Shown here: positions 8,673 through 17,085 of the stretch, piece after piece | Numbering within the stretch: position 1 is the stretch's first letter | Layout of the letters: every line of letters begins with the position of its first letter | Virus record (IMG/VR): IMGVR_UViG_3300033121_000370 | Coordinates: 8,742 to 72,741 of that record | Source of the DNA: a virus | Lineage: Duplodnaviria > Caudoviricetes | Reading direction: 5' to 3' (one strand) | DNA length: 64,000 nt | Translations under genes and position numbers: made by a program | Notes under the pieces: model-generated | What the model saw: the letters and a program-made list of their open reading frames with translations, nothing else | The model's database searches: none | What the model was told of the DNA's origin: nothing

Positions 8673-9890
8673 ATGAAGGTATTCGAGGGAATCCGTGTGC
8701 CTATCAAGGCTTGGACAGACGGGGTAGAGTTAGAGGATGAGGCCAAGCAACAGCTAGTTAACCTTAGCTCTCTCCCGTTCGTACACAAGCACGTAGCTGT
8801 TATGCCTGACGTTCACTGGGGCAAAGGAGCTACGGTTGGCTCAGTCATAGCTACCAAGGGTGCTGTAGTCCCAGCTGCTGTAGGTGTAGACATAGGCTGT
8901 GGCATGATTGCCTGTATGACGAGCCTAGTAGCCAATGATTTGCCAGATAACCTATCACAAATACGCTCAGCTATAGAGCAAGCTGTGCCCCACGGACGTT
9001 CAGATAACGGAGGCTTGGCTGATAAAGGAAGACATCTAGGAGAGTTACCTAGTGAGGCTTCCAGTAATTTCCTAAGCTTACTAAATAGCCTGAACCAAAT
9101 AGTAGAAGCAGCCCCCATTCTTGCTAAGCCAGCTGCTGCCTGTAGCCGACACATGGGCACTCTTGGTACCGGCAATCACTTCATTGAGATTTGCCTAGAC
9201 GAGGCTGACCGGGTTTGGATTATGCTCCACTCAGGTAGCCGGGGTATCGGTAACGCTATCGGTACCTACTACATCAACAAGGCCAAGGAAGAGATGCGTA
9301 AGTACTTCATCAACCTTCCTGATGCAGACTTAGCCTATCTCCCAGAGGATACTCAGGCGTACAAGGAGTACCTAAGAGCTGTAGAGTGGGCTCAGGAGTT
9401 TTCAAAGGCTAATCGGGAAACCATGATGAGCCTTGTTGTATCCAGCTTGAAGAAGTCCTTAGGCCGAGAATTTACAAGCGCTGTGGTAGCTGTGAACTGC
9501 CATCACAACTATGTCTCTACTGAGAGACACTACGGAGAGAACTTGGTTATCACCCGTAAGGGTGCAGTATCTGCTAGGGAAGGGGAACTAGGCATTATCC
9601 CCGGCTCTATGGGTGCTAAGTCCTACATTGTCCGAGGTAAGGGCAACCGGGAGAGTTTCTGTAGCTGTTCCCACGGAGCAGGGCGTAGGTTATCTCGCAA
9701 CAAGGCAAGGGAAGCTTTCACCCTTGAAGACCATGCTAGGGCAACTGCTGGTGTTGAGTGCCGTAAGGATGCCGAGGTCTTGGATGAGACACCGGGAGCC
9801 TATAAGGACATTGACGCAGTTATGCAAGCTCAAGCCGACCTAGTGGACATTGTTCACACACTAAAGCAGTTGGTTTGTATCAAAGGTTGA
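8673..9890 (+). CDS. rtcB: RtcB 3'-phosphate/2',3'-cyclic phosphate-5'-OH RNA ligase
   Basis: MPDVHWGKGATVG, VGVDIGCG, GTLGTGNHFIE, LHSGSRG, HHNY, TRKGA, IPGSMG, SCSHGAGR and DETPGAYKDI all match RtcB motifs. Confidence 0.97.
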   Translation: MKVFEGIRVPIKAWTDGVELEDEAKQQLVNLSSLPFVHKHVAVMPDVHWGKGATVGSVIATKGAVVPAAVGVDIGCGMIACMTSLVANDLPDNLSQIRSAIEQAVPHGRSDNGGLADKGRHLGELPSEASSNFLSLLNSLNQIVEAAPILAKPAAACSRHMGTLGTGNHFIEICLDEADRVWIMLHSGSRGIGNAIGTYYINKAKEEMRKYFINLPDADLAYLPEDTQAYKEYLRAVEWAQEFSKANRETMMSLVVSSLKKSLGREFTSAVVAVNCHHNYVSTERHYGENLVITRKGAVSAREGELGIIPGSMGAKSYIVRGKGNRESFCSCSHGAGRRLSRNKAREAFTLEDHARATAGVECRKDAEVLDETPGAYKDIDAVMQAQADLVDIVHTLKQLVCIKG

Positions 9891-9904
9891 AGGAGTAACT
9901 AGCT

Positions 9905-10117
9905 ATGCTAAATATAGGAAAATTGGTAAGGGACGTTGTAGCCCTCTCATCTGTAGGGATTATCTCCTTCTTTTTTGGCCAAGGGGTAATGCTAGCTCTA
10001 TTGAATATACCTTGGTGGGTACTAATGCTTAGCTGTGCGGTGGCTACTTTACCAGTATCCGTGCGCTATCTAGCAGAGTCTGGAGATACGAGGATTGGCC
10101 GCGATGAAGGCTGCTAA
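9905..10117 (+). CDS. Small two-helix membrane protein
   Basis: RBS aaggag, hydrophobic sequence. Confidence 0.55.
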   Translation: MLNIGKLVRDVVALSSVGIISFFFGQGVMLALLNIPWWVLMLSCAVATLPVSVRYLAESGDTRIGRDEGC

Positions 10118-10421
10118 GCTCCTCCAGCTTGGAGTAGCCCTTATCCTATCAACAACAGCGGCCAGTGCTAACACAGACTTAACCCTATCTGACAAGCCTA
10201 TGTTCCTGAAGGTTCAGCTACCTAGTGGTGAGTGGAGGGATGTAAATGTTACAGTTGTTGAAGAAGTTCCTGGGCCTAACTACGCCTTTGCCCCCGGTGC
10301 TGAGAACCAAAAAAGTAGGTGCCTTGTATACATCGAACGTAAGCACCTTCAGTTCCTCTGGCACGAGCTTGACCACTGTAGGGGCAAGAGGCACCCCCGG
10401 AGCGATTATACCCCCGGTTGA
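10095..10421 (+). CDS. Hypothetical protein with signal-peptide-like N-terminus and HELDH (HExxH) motif
   Basis: Hydrophobic N-terminus ending ASA. WHELDHCRG suggests a zincin-like motif. Confidence 0.45.
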   Translation: MAAMKAAKLLQLGVALILSTTAASANTDLTLSDKPMFLKVQLPSGEWRDVNVTVVEEVPGPNYAFAPGAENQKSRCLVYIERKHLQFLWHELDHCRGKRHPRSDYTPG

Positions 10422-10525
10422 GTGTACCCTCAGAGACCAGATAGACTTTATCAACTTGGTACTTCTTCTAGGCAAGAAAGACTTACTAGAAGAGAGCCTA
10501 GCAAAGTTAGGAGATACCAACAATT

Positions 10526-12316
10526 ATGCCTGAACTTACCCCTGACGAGAGAGCAAGAGTTATCGGAGCATTAGAAAGGACTAATGCTATCCTAGAAGGA
10601 ATTCCCTTCAGAGAGGAGTTCTATCTAAGTTACCGGGACGGAAGACCTATTCCTGAGTCCGCCCTTAGCTTCAGTATTGCCTTACCTCTTTCTGAGAAGA
10701 AACGTTGGTGCTTTTTTAAGCTCCACAGCAACGGTCGAAGAGATTTCCGAGAAATGAGCCTTAGCGGGGCTGACCTCCGCGGGGCTGACCTCCGCGGGGC
10801 TGACCTCAGCTGGGCTAACCTTAGCGGGGCTAACCTTAGCGGGGCTAACCTTAGCGGGGTTGGCCTCCGCAGGGCTGACCTTAGCGAGGCTAACCTCAGC
10901 TGGGCTAACCTTAGCGAGGCTAACCTTAGCGGGGCTAATCTCAGCAGGGCTGACCTTAGCGAGGCTAACCTTAGCGGGGCTAATCTCAGCAGGGCTGACC
11001 TCAGCAGGGCTGACCTCAGCAGGGCTGACCTCAGCAGGGCTGACCTTAGCGAGGCTGACCTCAGCAGGGCTGACCTCAGCAGGGCTAATCTCAGCAGGGC
11101 TAATCTCAGCAGGGCTGACCTTAGCGAGGTTACTCTTGTGGGGGTTGACCTCCGCGGGGCTGACCTCCGCGGGGCTGACCTCCGCGGGGCTACTATTACT
11201 TCACCTACTACAGAGGGGAAACCTGACCCAATGTCTATATATGAACCAGTAGAGAGGGCTATAGGCAGAAAGACGCCGCCTACCTTAATGAATTACTCGG
11301 ACTCACCGGCAGCTGTGTACGGGGGAGCCTATGTTGTAACAGCTGCCGAGCTAGCCAAGATTACCGAAGGGGTTAAGCGAAGTAAAAACAACACCCTCCC
11401 TGATTTACTCCTTATGGGGGTAGAGCTTGAGGTAGAGCCCTTTGACACACAGGCTAGTCTTCCTGACGAAGAGGCCCGACGCCTAGCTAAAAGCGTAGCT
11501 GGGTGGGCCATCCTTAAGTCTGATGGTTCCTTGGGAAGAGGAGGCCGAGAGATTGTTACCCGGCCTATGACCTTGGATGCCCATAGAGTAGCTTGGATGG
11601 AGTTCTTCAGGGACAAGCCTCACGAATACCTATCATCCTGGAAGAGTGGGCGCTGTGGCTTACACGTACACCTAAACAGGGCTGCTATTAGCCCCCTAAC
11701 AGAGGGTAAACTAATCAGCTTCCTGAATGCTCCGAGTAACGTAAAGTTTACTCAGGACATTGCTGGGCGTAACTTACTCCACAATGAATACGCTGCTATC
11801 GCTCCCCTAAAGAAGATAACAGAAGGCTTTAGAAGACACCGAGTAACATCTGGTGGACCTATGAAGAGATTGCTAACTGGGGGAAACCGCACAGGTAGTC
11901 GCCACACAGCTACAAACATCTCTCAGCGCAACAGTGGGACTACCTTGGAGGTAAGAATCTTCCGAGGTAACATTGGGCGCAACGGGGTGTTTCGGGTATT
12001 GGAGTTCCTGCACGCCCTTGTTAGCTACCTTAGCCTGAACACTAACTCAGCCACTACGGTAGACAACTGGCTGGATTTTGTAACTTGGTTCGGAGAGCCA
12101 GAAAATTCCAAGGCTTACCCCGAGTTCTACCAGTGGCTCCTTGTGAAGAAGTACCTGTTTCCTAAACCTATCAGAAACATTAGCAAAGCTCCCCAGCTCC
12201 TGCGAGAGAAGAAAGTAGCTTTGCTGAAGTTCAGCCTGGGAGAGGATGAGCCTACAGATATGGTAAAGGAACAACCCAACGGAGAGGAGACAAGCGAAGC
12301 ATGTGTGTCATTCTAG
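10526..12316 (+). CDS. Pentapeptide-repeat protein fused to a putative amidoligase (COOH-NH2 ligase-like)
   Basis: 29 A(D/N)LxX repeats, then GVELEVE, KSDGSL, EIVTRP, CGLHVH, SRHTATN and TLEVRIFRG, typical of the phage putative amidoligase family. Confidence 0.8.
   Translation: MPELTPDERARVIGALERTNAILEGIPFREEFYLSYRDGRPIPESALSFSIALPLSEKKRWCFFKLHSNGRRDFREMSLSGADLRGADLRGADLSWANLSGANLSGANLSGVGLRRADLSEANLSWANLSEANLSGANLSRADLSEANLSGANLSRADLSRADLSRADLSRADLSEADLSRADLSRANLSRANLSRADLSEVTLVGVDLRGADLRGADLRGATITSPTTEGKPDPMSIYEPVERAIGRKTPPTLMNYSDSPAAVYGGAYVVTAAELAKITEGVKRSKNNTLPDLLLMGVELEVEPFDTQASLPDEEARRLAKSVAGWAILKSDGSLGRGGREIVTRPMTLDAHRVAWMEFFRDKPHEYLSSWKSGRCGLHVHLNRAAISPLTEGKLISFLNAPSNVKFTQDIAGRNLLHNEYAAIAPLKKITEGFRRHRVTSGGPMKRLLTGGNRTGSRHTATNISQRNSGTTLEVRIFRGNIGRNGVFRVLEFLHALVSYLSLNTNSATTVDNWLDFVTWFGEPENSKAYPEFYQWLLVKKYLFPKPIRNISKAPQLLREKKVALLKFSLGEDEPTDMVKEQPNGEETSEACVSF
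10757..11191 (+). repeat. 15-nt tandem repeat array (29 units) encoding pentapeptide repeats
   Basis: gct(g/a)ac ct(c/t) agc/cgc (g/a)gg units in frame; 435 nt = 29 x 15. Confidence 0.9.
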
Positions 12317-13299
12317 AAATACCACCCGGTGTAAAGGTATCCCGAAAAACTCTTGAGATTTGCTACGATAATAACCCACACGGCTGGGGTATTATGTGGC
12401 ACGAGCCCACCGAGAATAAGATTTGGTACGCAAAGGACACAACATCCTTTGATAAGTTCTGGGATGTGTGGAAGGATGTTCCCGAGGATACTCCCCGAGG
12501 TGTTCACTTCCGCATCAAGACCCACGGCAAGGTAGACAGGGACAACTGCCACCCGTTCTTTATCTCCCAGAACCTAGGACTTATGCACAACGGAGTCTTG
12601 GATGTAGAAGAAGCCAACAAAGCTTTCTCTGACACTTGGCACTTCGTAGAGTATGACCTGAAGCCTCTTCTACAGCTAGGTGATACCAGTCTGCTGCAAC
12701 CGGGTATGCCCTTGAGTGAGGTAATAGAAGACTTCGTAAGCGTAGGCTCTCGCCTTCTGTTCATGGATAACCTAGGGGAGACTGTACGCTTCGGTAAGTC
12801 TTGGCACGAGGAGAACGGGGTCTTCTACAGTAACTCCTACTCCCATAAGTCTAAGAAGCACACGTATACATCCTTTAAGGGAAAAGATGCTTACGACGAC
12901 TACTGGGAGCAGCGGGCCAACTATTCCTACAGGGCTCCCCCGGCCCCTCCACCACCAACAACAACGGAGAAAGACCTGAAGCTAATAGAAAAAGAGGTTA
13001 GCCAAACCCTTACTGAAGAGGAGAAGGCCGAGGGTATTGAACTTCTGGATATTGAGTTTGATACCTATGACAAGGCTAACAAGTACCGCAAGGAAAACGG
13101 TGGCTTTGTTCGGGTATCCAAGGGAGTCTTTACCGTGTGTAATACCCGAGTGAAAGTCCCCAAGGAGACTACTTCTGGAGTGCTTAAGTCTGTAACTAGC
13201 CTCACGGACTTCAGCTTTCTTTCAGATGCGGAGAAGCTGGAGTACATTAAGACGTACCCAGAAGATACCTTGGATTTACTGTACGAAGCAATCCTGTAA
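12301..13299 (+). CDS. Class II (Ntn) glutamine amidotransferase
   Basis: N-terminal Met-Cys, NNPHGWG, VHFRIKTHG, NCHPF, LMHNG and SDT. Adjacent to the amidoligase gene. Confidence 0.88.
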   Translation: MCVILEIPPGVKVSRKTLEICYDNNPHGWGIMWHEPTENKIWYAKDTTSFDKFWDVWKDVPEDTPRGVHFRIKTHGKVDRDNCHPFFISQNLGLMHNGVLDVEEANKAFSDTWHFVEYDLKPLLQLGDTSLLQPGMPLSEVIEDFVSVGSRLLFMDNLGETVRFGKSWHEENGVFYSNSYSHKSKKHTYTSFKGKDAYDDYWEQRANYSYRAPPAPPPPTTTEKDLKLIEKEVSQTLTEEEKAEGIELLDIEFDTYDKANKYRKENGGFVRVSKGVFTVCNTRVKVPKETTSGVLKSVTSLTDFSFLSDAEKLEYIKTYPEDTLDLLYEAIL

Positions 13300-13325
13300 C
13301 ACAACGAAGGAAAGGAACCACTATT

Positions 13326-14180
13326 ATGCCGCAAGTACCAGCAACAGCGCCTGAGGGAACCGCGCCACCGGCTCCCAAGCGTATCGGACCCAGCTTAAAG
13401 GCTACCAAGCTCCTGAGTATCCTTGTAAGCAAGCGTATTGACTTATCAGATTCCCGACAGCTAAAGGTTGTACGGGTTATCCTAGATGAAATTAAGAAGG
13501 ACTACCCACGCTTCAGTACTCTACAGTTCCTGGATAAGGTACAAGCAGCGGCTGAAGAGATAAGTGCTAAAGAAAAAAAACTCTCGGAAAAGCAGCGAGT
13601 TGTGCTAGGCGAGATAGCAGCTTTAAAGACGCACTTTGAAGAGCTAGTTGAGGCAAGAGAAGCCGCCTTAAGCAAACTCCGCGATTACAGGGTATGTAGC
13701 ACTGAACTTGTCTACAAGGTATTCCTTCCCCTCACAGACAGTAATATAAATAGGGAACTTGCGGCAGAGTACTCCTGCGGGCGTCCTCCACATCGTGAAG
13801 TACTGAGTAACTACCGAGTGAACGACATTCTGTGTAAGCCAGCTTGTAAGTCCAGGCTTACACAGGGGTTCATCTGGTCTACGGTAGCTCCAGCTATCTC
13901 AGCGCTTTGGCTAGAAGAGTTAGCCCCTAAAGCAGACTTGTTCTTCGACATTGACGAATATAAGGATGCTGAAAGAAGTCCCGGTAGCCAGCTCTTAGGT
14001 ATCCCGGTGGATGAGCTTGGTAAGAAAATCTACGACTTAGTGAACACGCTGGTCTCCAAGGAAATTAGGAAAGTCTGGGCCAAGACTACCCAGCTGGAGG
14101 GAGAGAACAACCCTATAGTAGAAGTACCTAAGCTGATAGAGGCTGTAGTCGAATCTTGGGAAAAGGAAGGAAAGAACTAA
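13326..14180 (+). CDS. Hypothetical protein
   Basis: 284-aa ORF with RBS aagga; no family recognised. Confidence 0.7.
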   Translation: MPQVPATAPEGTAPPAPKRIGPSLKATKLLSILVSKRIDLSDSRQLKVVRVILDEIKKDYPRFSTLQFLDKVQAAAEEISAKEKKLSEKQRVVLGEIAALKTHFEELVEAREAALSKLRDYRVCSTELVYKVFLPLTDSNINRELAAEYSCGRPPHREVLSNYRVNDILCKPACKSRLTQGFIWSTVAPAISALWLEELAPKADLFFDIDEYKDAERSPGSQLLGIPVDELGKKIYDLVNTLVSKEIRKVWAKTTQLEGENNPIVEVPKLIEAVVESWEKEGKN

Positions 14181-14182
14181 CT

Positions 14183-14431
14183 ATGTCTGCAACTAAGAAA
14201 CTCGGCCCATCAGCCGACGATGTGCTCAGTATGTCTAATGACTTTGCCAAGTTATACCTAGCCAAGTTAATAGAGCTACTGGACATCGAGGACACAACCG
14301 GGACCTTTGGTGACGAAGGCTGGCGAGAGTATCTGTTCAACCAGTACCTAGAACGGAATGAAGAGCCCACGCCACAACTACCTCCGGCAACAGCCTTGGT
14401 AACTGCTCCAGGTACAGCTACCCTACAATAA
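14183..14431 (+). CDS. Hypothetical protein
   Basis: ATG at 14183 directly after the previous stop. Confidence 0.6.
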   Translation: MSATKKLGPSADDVLSMSNDFAKLYLAKLIELLDIEDTTGTFGDEGWREYLFNQYLERNEEPTPQLPPATALVTAPGTATLQ

Positions 14432-14550
14432 CCCAGCTACCCATCTTGGTCTTTCACAACCAGGTAAGTTCGCCAAGTAATAAGGCTGGGACTTCGAAGA
14501 CTAAAAGAAAGTAACTAACCTATCAACAGCAACTAAGGAGAAGACTAACT

Positions 14551-14805
14551 ATGGCTATCGACTATGTAACCAAGAACGAAGTTGTTACCCGTACCGTAAC
14601 TGAGACTGTAAAGAAGAACATTGGTGTGATTTACACCTCGGATTCTTCTGACCGTGCTATCCGTGTTACCCCGAGCTCATCCTTTCCGGGGCGCTTCACG
14701 GTTACCATCAGCAACCCGAACTCTAGCAATGAACTGGCCATCACGCTGAAGCCGCATGACCTTGCGGACTTCCTTGATGCCGCTGCTACTCTTGTTAATG
14801 TCTAA
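14551..14805 (+). CDS. Hypothetical protein
   Basis: RBS aaggag, 84 aa. Confidence 0.65.
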   Translation: MAIDYVTKNEVVTRTVTETVKKNIGVIYTSDSSDRAIRVTPSSSFPGRFTVTISNPNSSNELAITLKPHDLADFLDAAATLVNV

Positions 14806-14936
14806 AGCGAGAATAGCTAACCCTAGCCTAGCTCTATTTTCTTCTTCTACTAGACATGAGTCCCGCTGGGCAGTCAACAGTAGAACTTAGAGGTAGAAGC
14901 TAGGTGGTTCCCTAGGGGTAGCGAAGCCGTCTTTAG

Positions 14937-14981
14937 CCAAGGGTTCTTCCGGTACCCAAAAAGTAACCCTTGGCCCCTTTT
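14937..14981 (+). terminator. Putative terminator
   Basis: ccaagggtt/aacccttgg 9-bp stem followed by ccccTTTT. Confidence 0.45.
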
Positions 14982-14993
14982 ACATCTTTCTTC

Positions 14994-15022
14994 TTGCCCT
15001 AGAAGGTAGCTTAGGCTATACT
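14994..15022 (+). promoter_or_regulatory. Sigma70-like promoter for the Y RNA/Ro60 unit
   Basis: TTGCCC-17 nt-TATACT. Confidence 0.65.
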
Positions 15023-15040
15023 CAGGAAAGAGAGAGAGAT

Positions 15041-15187
15041 TGTACTTGGTAGTGTTAGTAAGCAGTTACTTCTCATTGGCGAGAGAGACACGGGTTCGAT
15101 TCCCGTAGCCCTGCCTTATCTATTATGTAGGGCTTCGTCTAGTGGTAGGACACTTAAATATCTGCTTGCGACTGTTCTCCAGGTACA
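15041..15187 (+). ncRNA. yrlA: YrlA-type Y RNA with a permuted tRNA-like module
   Basis: T-arm cggg-TTCGATT-cccg precedes a closed acceptor-like hairpin (agccctgc/gtagggct) and then a D-arm (gtct-agtggt-aggac). Terminal stems gtacttgg/ccaggtac and gtaagcag/ctgcttgc. Lies ~200 nt upstream of Ro60. Confidence 0.85.
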
Positions 15188-15192
15188 GCCTA

Positions 15193-15264
15193 TTTACCTA
15201 GTGTTGAGTGCTTCGGTTACTTCTTTCGGTGAAAATACACCGAGGCTATTGTTACCTGGGTAAA
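15193..15264 (+). ncRNA. Second, short Y-RNA-like hairpin
   Basis: Outer stem tttacctag/ctgggtaaa, internal loop, inner stem cttcggt/accgagg. Shares GTTACTTCT with the YrlA. Confidence 0.55.
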
Positions 15265-15270
15265 CCCCGT

Positions 15271-15342
15271 AGCTGTGGGTAGTGAATAAGTTGGTTTCAT
15301 CTTGTAAATGACTCGCCAGCTTAGCTGAGTACTCCCACAGCT
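15271..15342 (+). ncRNA. Third Y-RNA-like hairpin with an anticodon-loop-like apex
   Basis: Outer stem agctgtggg/cccacagct, loop tagtgaat, inner stem aagttgg/ccagctt, apical tcat-CTTGTAA-atga. Confidence 0.5.
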
Positions 15343-15383
15343 TTTCTTCTTGTAACCTCAATCTAACGGAGTGTCGAATAAAC

Positions 15384-16748
15384 ATGGCTAGTATCAATCA
15401 GGCTCGGGCTGTAGCGGCTCGCACAGAAGTAACCCACGGAGGAACTCCTGTCCGCCCGTACTCTAACGAGCAGCAGCTTACACGAGCAGTGCTTAGCTGT
15501 ATGCTTTGGGAAGACCAGTTCTACGAAGATGGCGTAGACATCGCTAAGCGTATCAGCCAGCTGGTACCTTTGTGTGGGCCTTCATTTGTAGCAGGGCTAG
15601 CTATAAAGGCTCGGAAAGAATGGGGTCTTCGCCACGTTCCTCTTCTTCTCACCGTAGAGATGCTCAAGCATCCCCTCCACAAGGCCTACGTAAGTGAGGC
15701 AATTACTAGTGGAGCTATCCACCGGGCAGATGATATGTCCGAACTCTTGGCTCTTTATTGGAAAGATGGAAAGAAGCCGCTTGCCAAGCAGCTAAAGAAG
15801 GGACTTGCTACAGTTTTCACCAGGTTCAACAGCTATGCACTTGCCAAGTATAAGGGTTTTGACAAGGCTGTATCCCTACGTGACGTTCTGTTTATGGTAC
15901 ACCCTAAGCCAAAGAACGCTGAGCAAGCTAAGACTTTCAAGGAGTTAGCCGATAAGACAATTGCTTCCCCGGATACTTGGGAAGTTGCCTTGTCAGGTGG
16001 GGCTAATAAGAAGGAAACATTTACCCGGCTTATCCAAGAGAGTAAGCTAGGCGGCCTCGCCCTGCTACGTAACATCCGTAACATGGAACAGGCAGGTGTG
16101 GATAAAGCTATCATAACCTTGGCTTTGGATAACATGGACTGCTCCCTCATTGAGCCCTTCCGGTTTATCGCCTGTAACAAGTATGCTAGCCCGGCACTAG
16201 AGCCAGCTATTGAGCGAGCCTTTCTCCGGGCCAGTAAGGCTTACCAAAGCCAAGCACTAGCTGCTAAATCTGTAGCAGTTCTTGTAGACCACTCGGGCTC
16301 TATGTTCCACACCAAGGTGTCGGCTAAGTCTGAGCTAGAGCGCTTCGATGCTGCTGTAGCCTTGGCAGCTATTGTTCGGGAAGCTTTTGATAACACTAGA
16401 GTTTTTAGCTTCGAGAATAAAGTAACTGAGGTTAAGCCACGTCACGGCTTCAGTCTTATAGATGAGGTCAGGCGCTGCCCGAGCGGTGGAACTAAGCTGT
16501 TCGATGCCCTGCACCTAGTAAAGGACACGGTTAATCCAGATATTATAATCTGCATCACTGATGAACAAGACACAGGTGGTACTCACCACAGTATGCCTGA
16601 CCTTAGCAAAGGTCAGCGAGGCTTTATCATTAATGTAGGCAGCTACAAGAATGGCATTAGCCACGGCCAGTGGACTAACATCACAGGGTTCTCGGATGCT
16701 GTGGTTAGGTACATTGTGGCTGACTTAAAAGGGTGTGAGGCTCTATAA
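15384..16748 (+). CDS. rsr: Ro60/Rsr TROVE-domain RNA-binding protein with vWA domain
   Basis: THGG, QQLTRAVLSCMLWEDQFYEDG, LRHVPLLL, RADDMSELLALYW, KQLKKGLA, YALAKY, LRDVLFMVHPKP, TWEVALS and ALLRNIRNM. vWA MIDAS motif VLVDHSGSM, and ITDEQ. Confidence 0.95.
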   Translation: MASINQARAVAARTEVTHGGTPVRPYSNEQQLTRAVLSCMLWEDQFYEDGVDIAKRISQLVPLCGPSFVAGLAIKARKEWGLRHVPLLLTVEMLKHPLHKAYVSEAITSGAIHRADDMSELLALYWKDGKKPLAKQLKKGLATVFTRFNSYALAKYKGFDKAVSLRDVLFMVHPKPKNAEQAKTFKELADKTIASPDTWEVALSGGANKKETFTRLIQESKLGGLALLRNIRNMEQAGVDKAIITLALDNMDCSLIEPFRFIACNKYASPALEPAIERAFLRASKAYQSQALAAKSVAVLVDHSGSMFHTKVSAKSELERFDAAVALAAIVREAFDNTRVFSFENKVTEVKPRHGFSLIDEVRRCPSGGTKLFDALHLVKDTVNPDIIICITDEQDTGGTHHSMPDLSKGQRGFIINVGSYKNGISHGQWTNITGFSDAVVRYIVADLKGCEAL

Positions 16749-16806
16749 TCCTCCTCTAAGTCCCTACTAAGGGCCACCGGGAGTAGCTACCCGGTGAAGA
16801 GTTTAC

Positions 16807-16910
16807 GCACAGGTATCCAAGTGGCAACTGGCAAAGCCAGCCCGCTTGCGGGTAAGGACGGGGACTGTACCGAAAGGGGTACGTTAGTTCGAATCTAGCC
16901 CTGTGCACCA
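16807..16910 (+). ncRNA. Non-canonical tRNA-like RNA (intact acceptor stem, T-arm and CCA; expanded D-loop; no complete anticodon arm)
   Basis: GCACAGG/CCTGTGC-A-CCA and T-arm gttag-TTCGAAT-ctagc. D-stem TCC/GGA with a 28-nt two-hairpin insertion. After GGGGA-CT the complementary TCCCC strand is absent. Confidence 0.7.
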
Positions 16911-16921
16911 CCCATAGCTTT

Positions 16922-17085
16922 CTCTAGGTGGGGCGTATAGATTCACGGATGAGCCTAAGTACTTAGTACCTCTGGGCCACATCGAGGTCGGGAGAGGTGT
17001 AGCTACCTAATGGTGATGAAGCTGCTTCTTAACCTTGGAAACCCGGATACGCTAAAGGCTTTCTAGAGGCCGTGCCCACCTAGAG
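16922..17085 (+). ncRNA. Unclassified ~165-nt structured RNA candidate
   Basis: 11-bp perfect terminal stem ctctaggtggg/cccacctagag enclosing a non-coding stretch. Confidence 0.4.

Noticed and set aside
10757-11191. Repeat array as CRISPR, or the alternative-frame ORF 10860..11252 as a gene
   Set aside because: There are no unique spacers. The 15-nt period is a coding pentapeptide repeat, and the second ORF is its frame-shifted shadow.
16960-17010. SRP RNA domain IV or Azoarcus-type group I intron fragments
   Set aside because: The matches are only short words (aggtgtag, ggga loop). The CAGG-GNRA-AGCAG geometry and the P7 elements are not satisfied.
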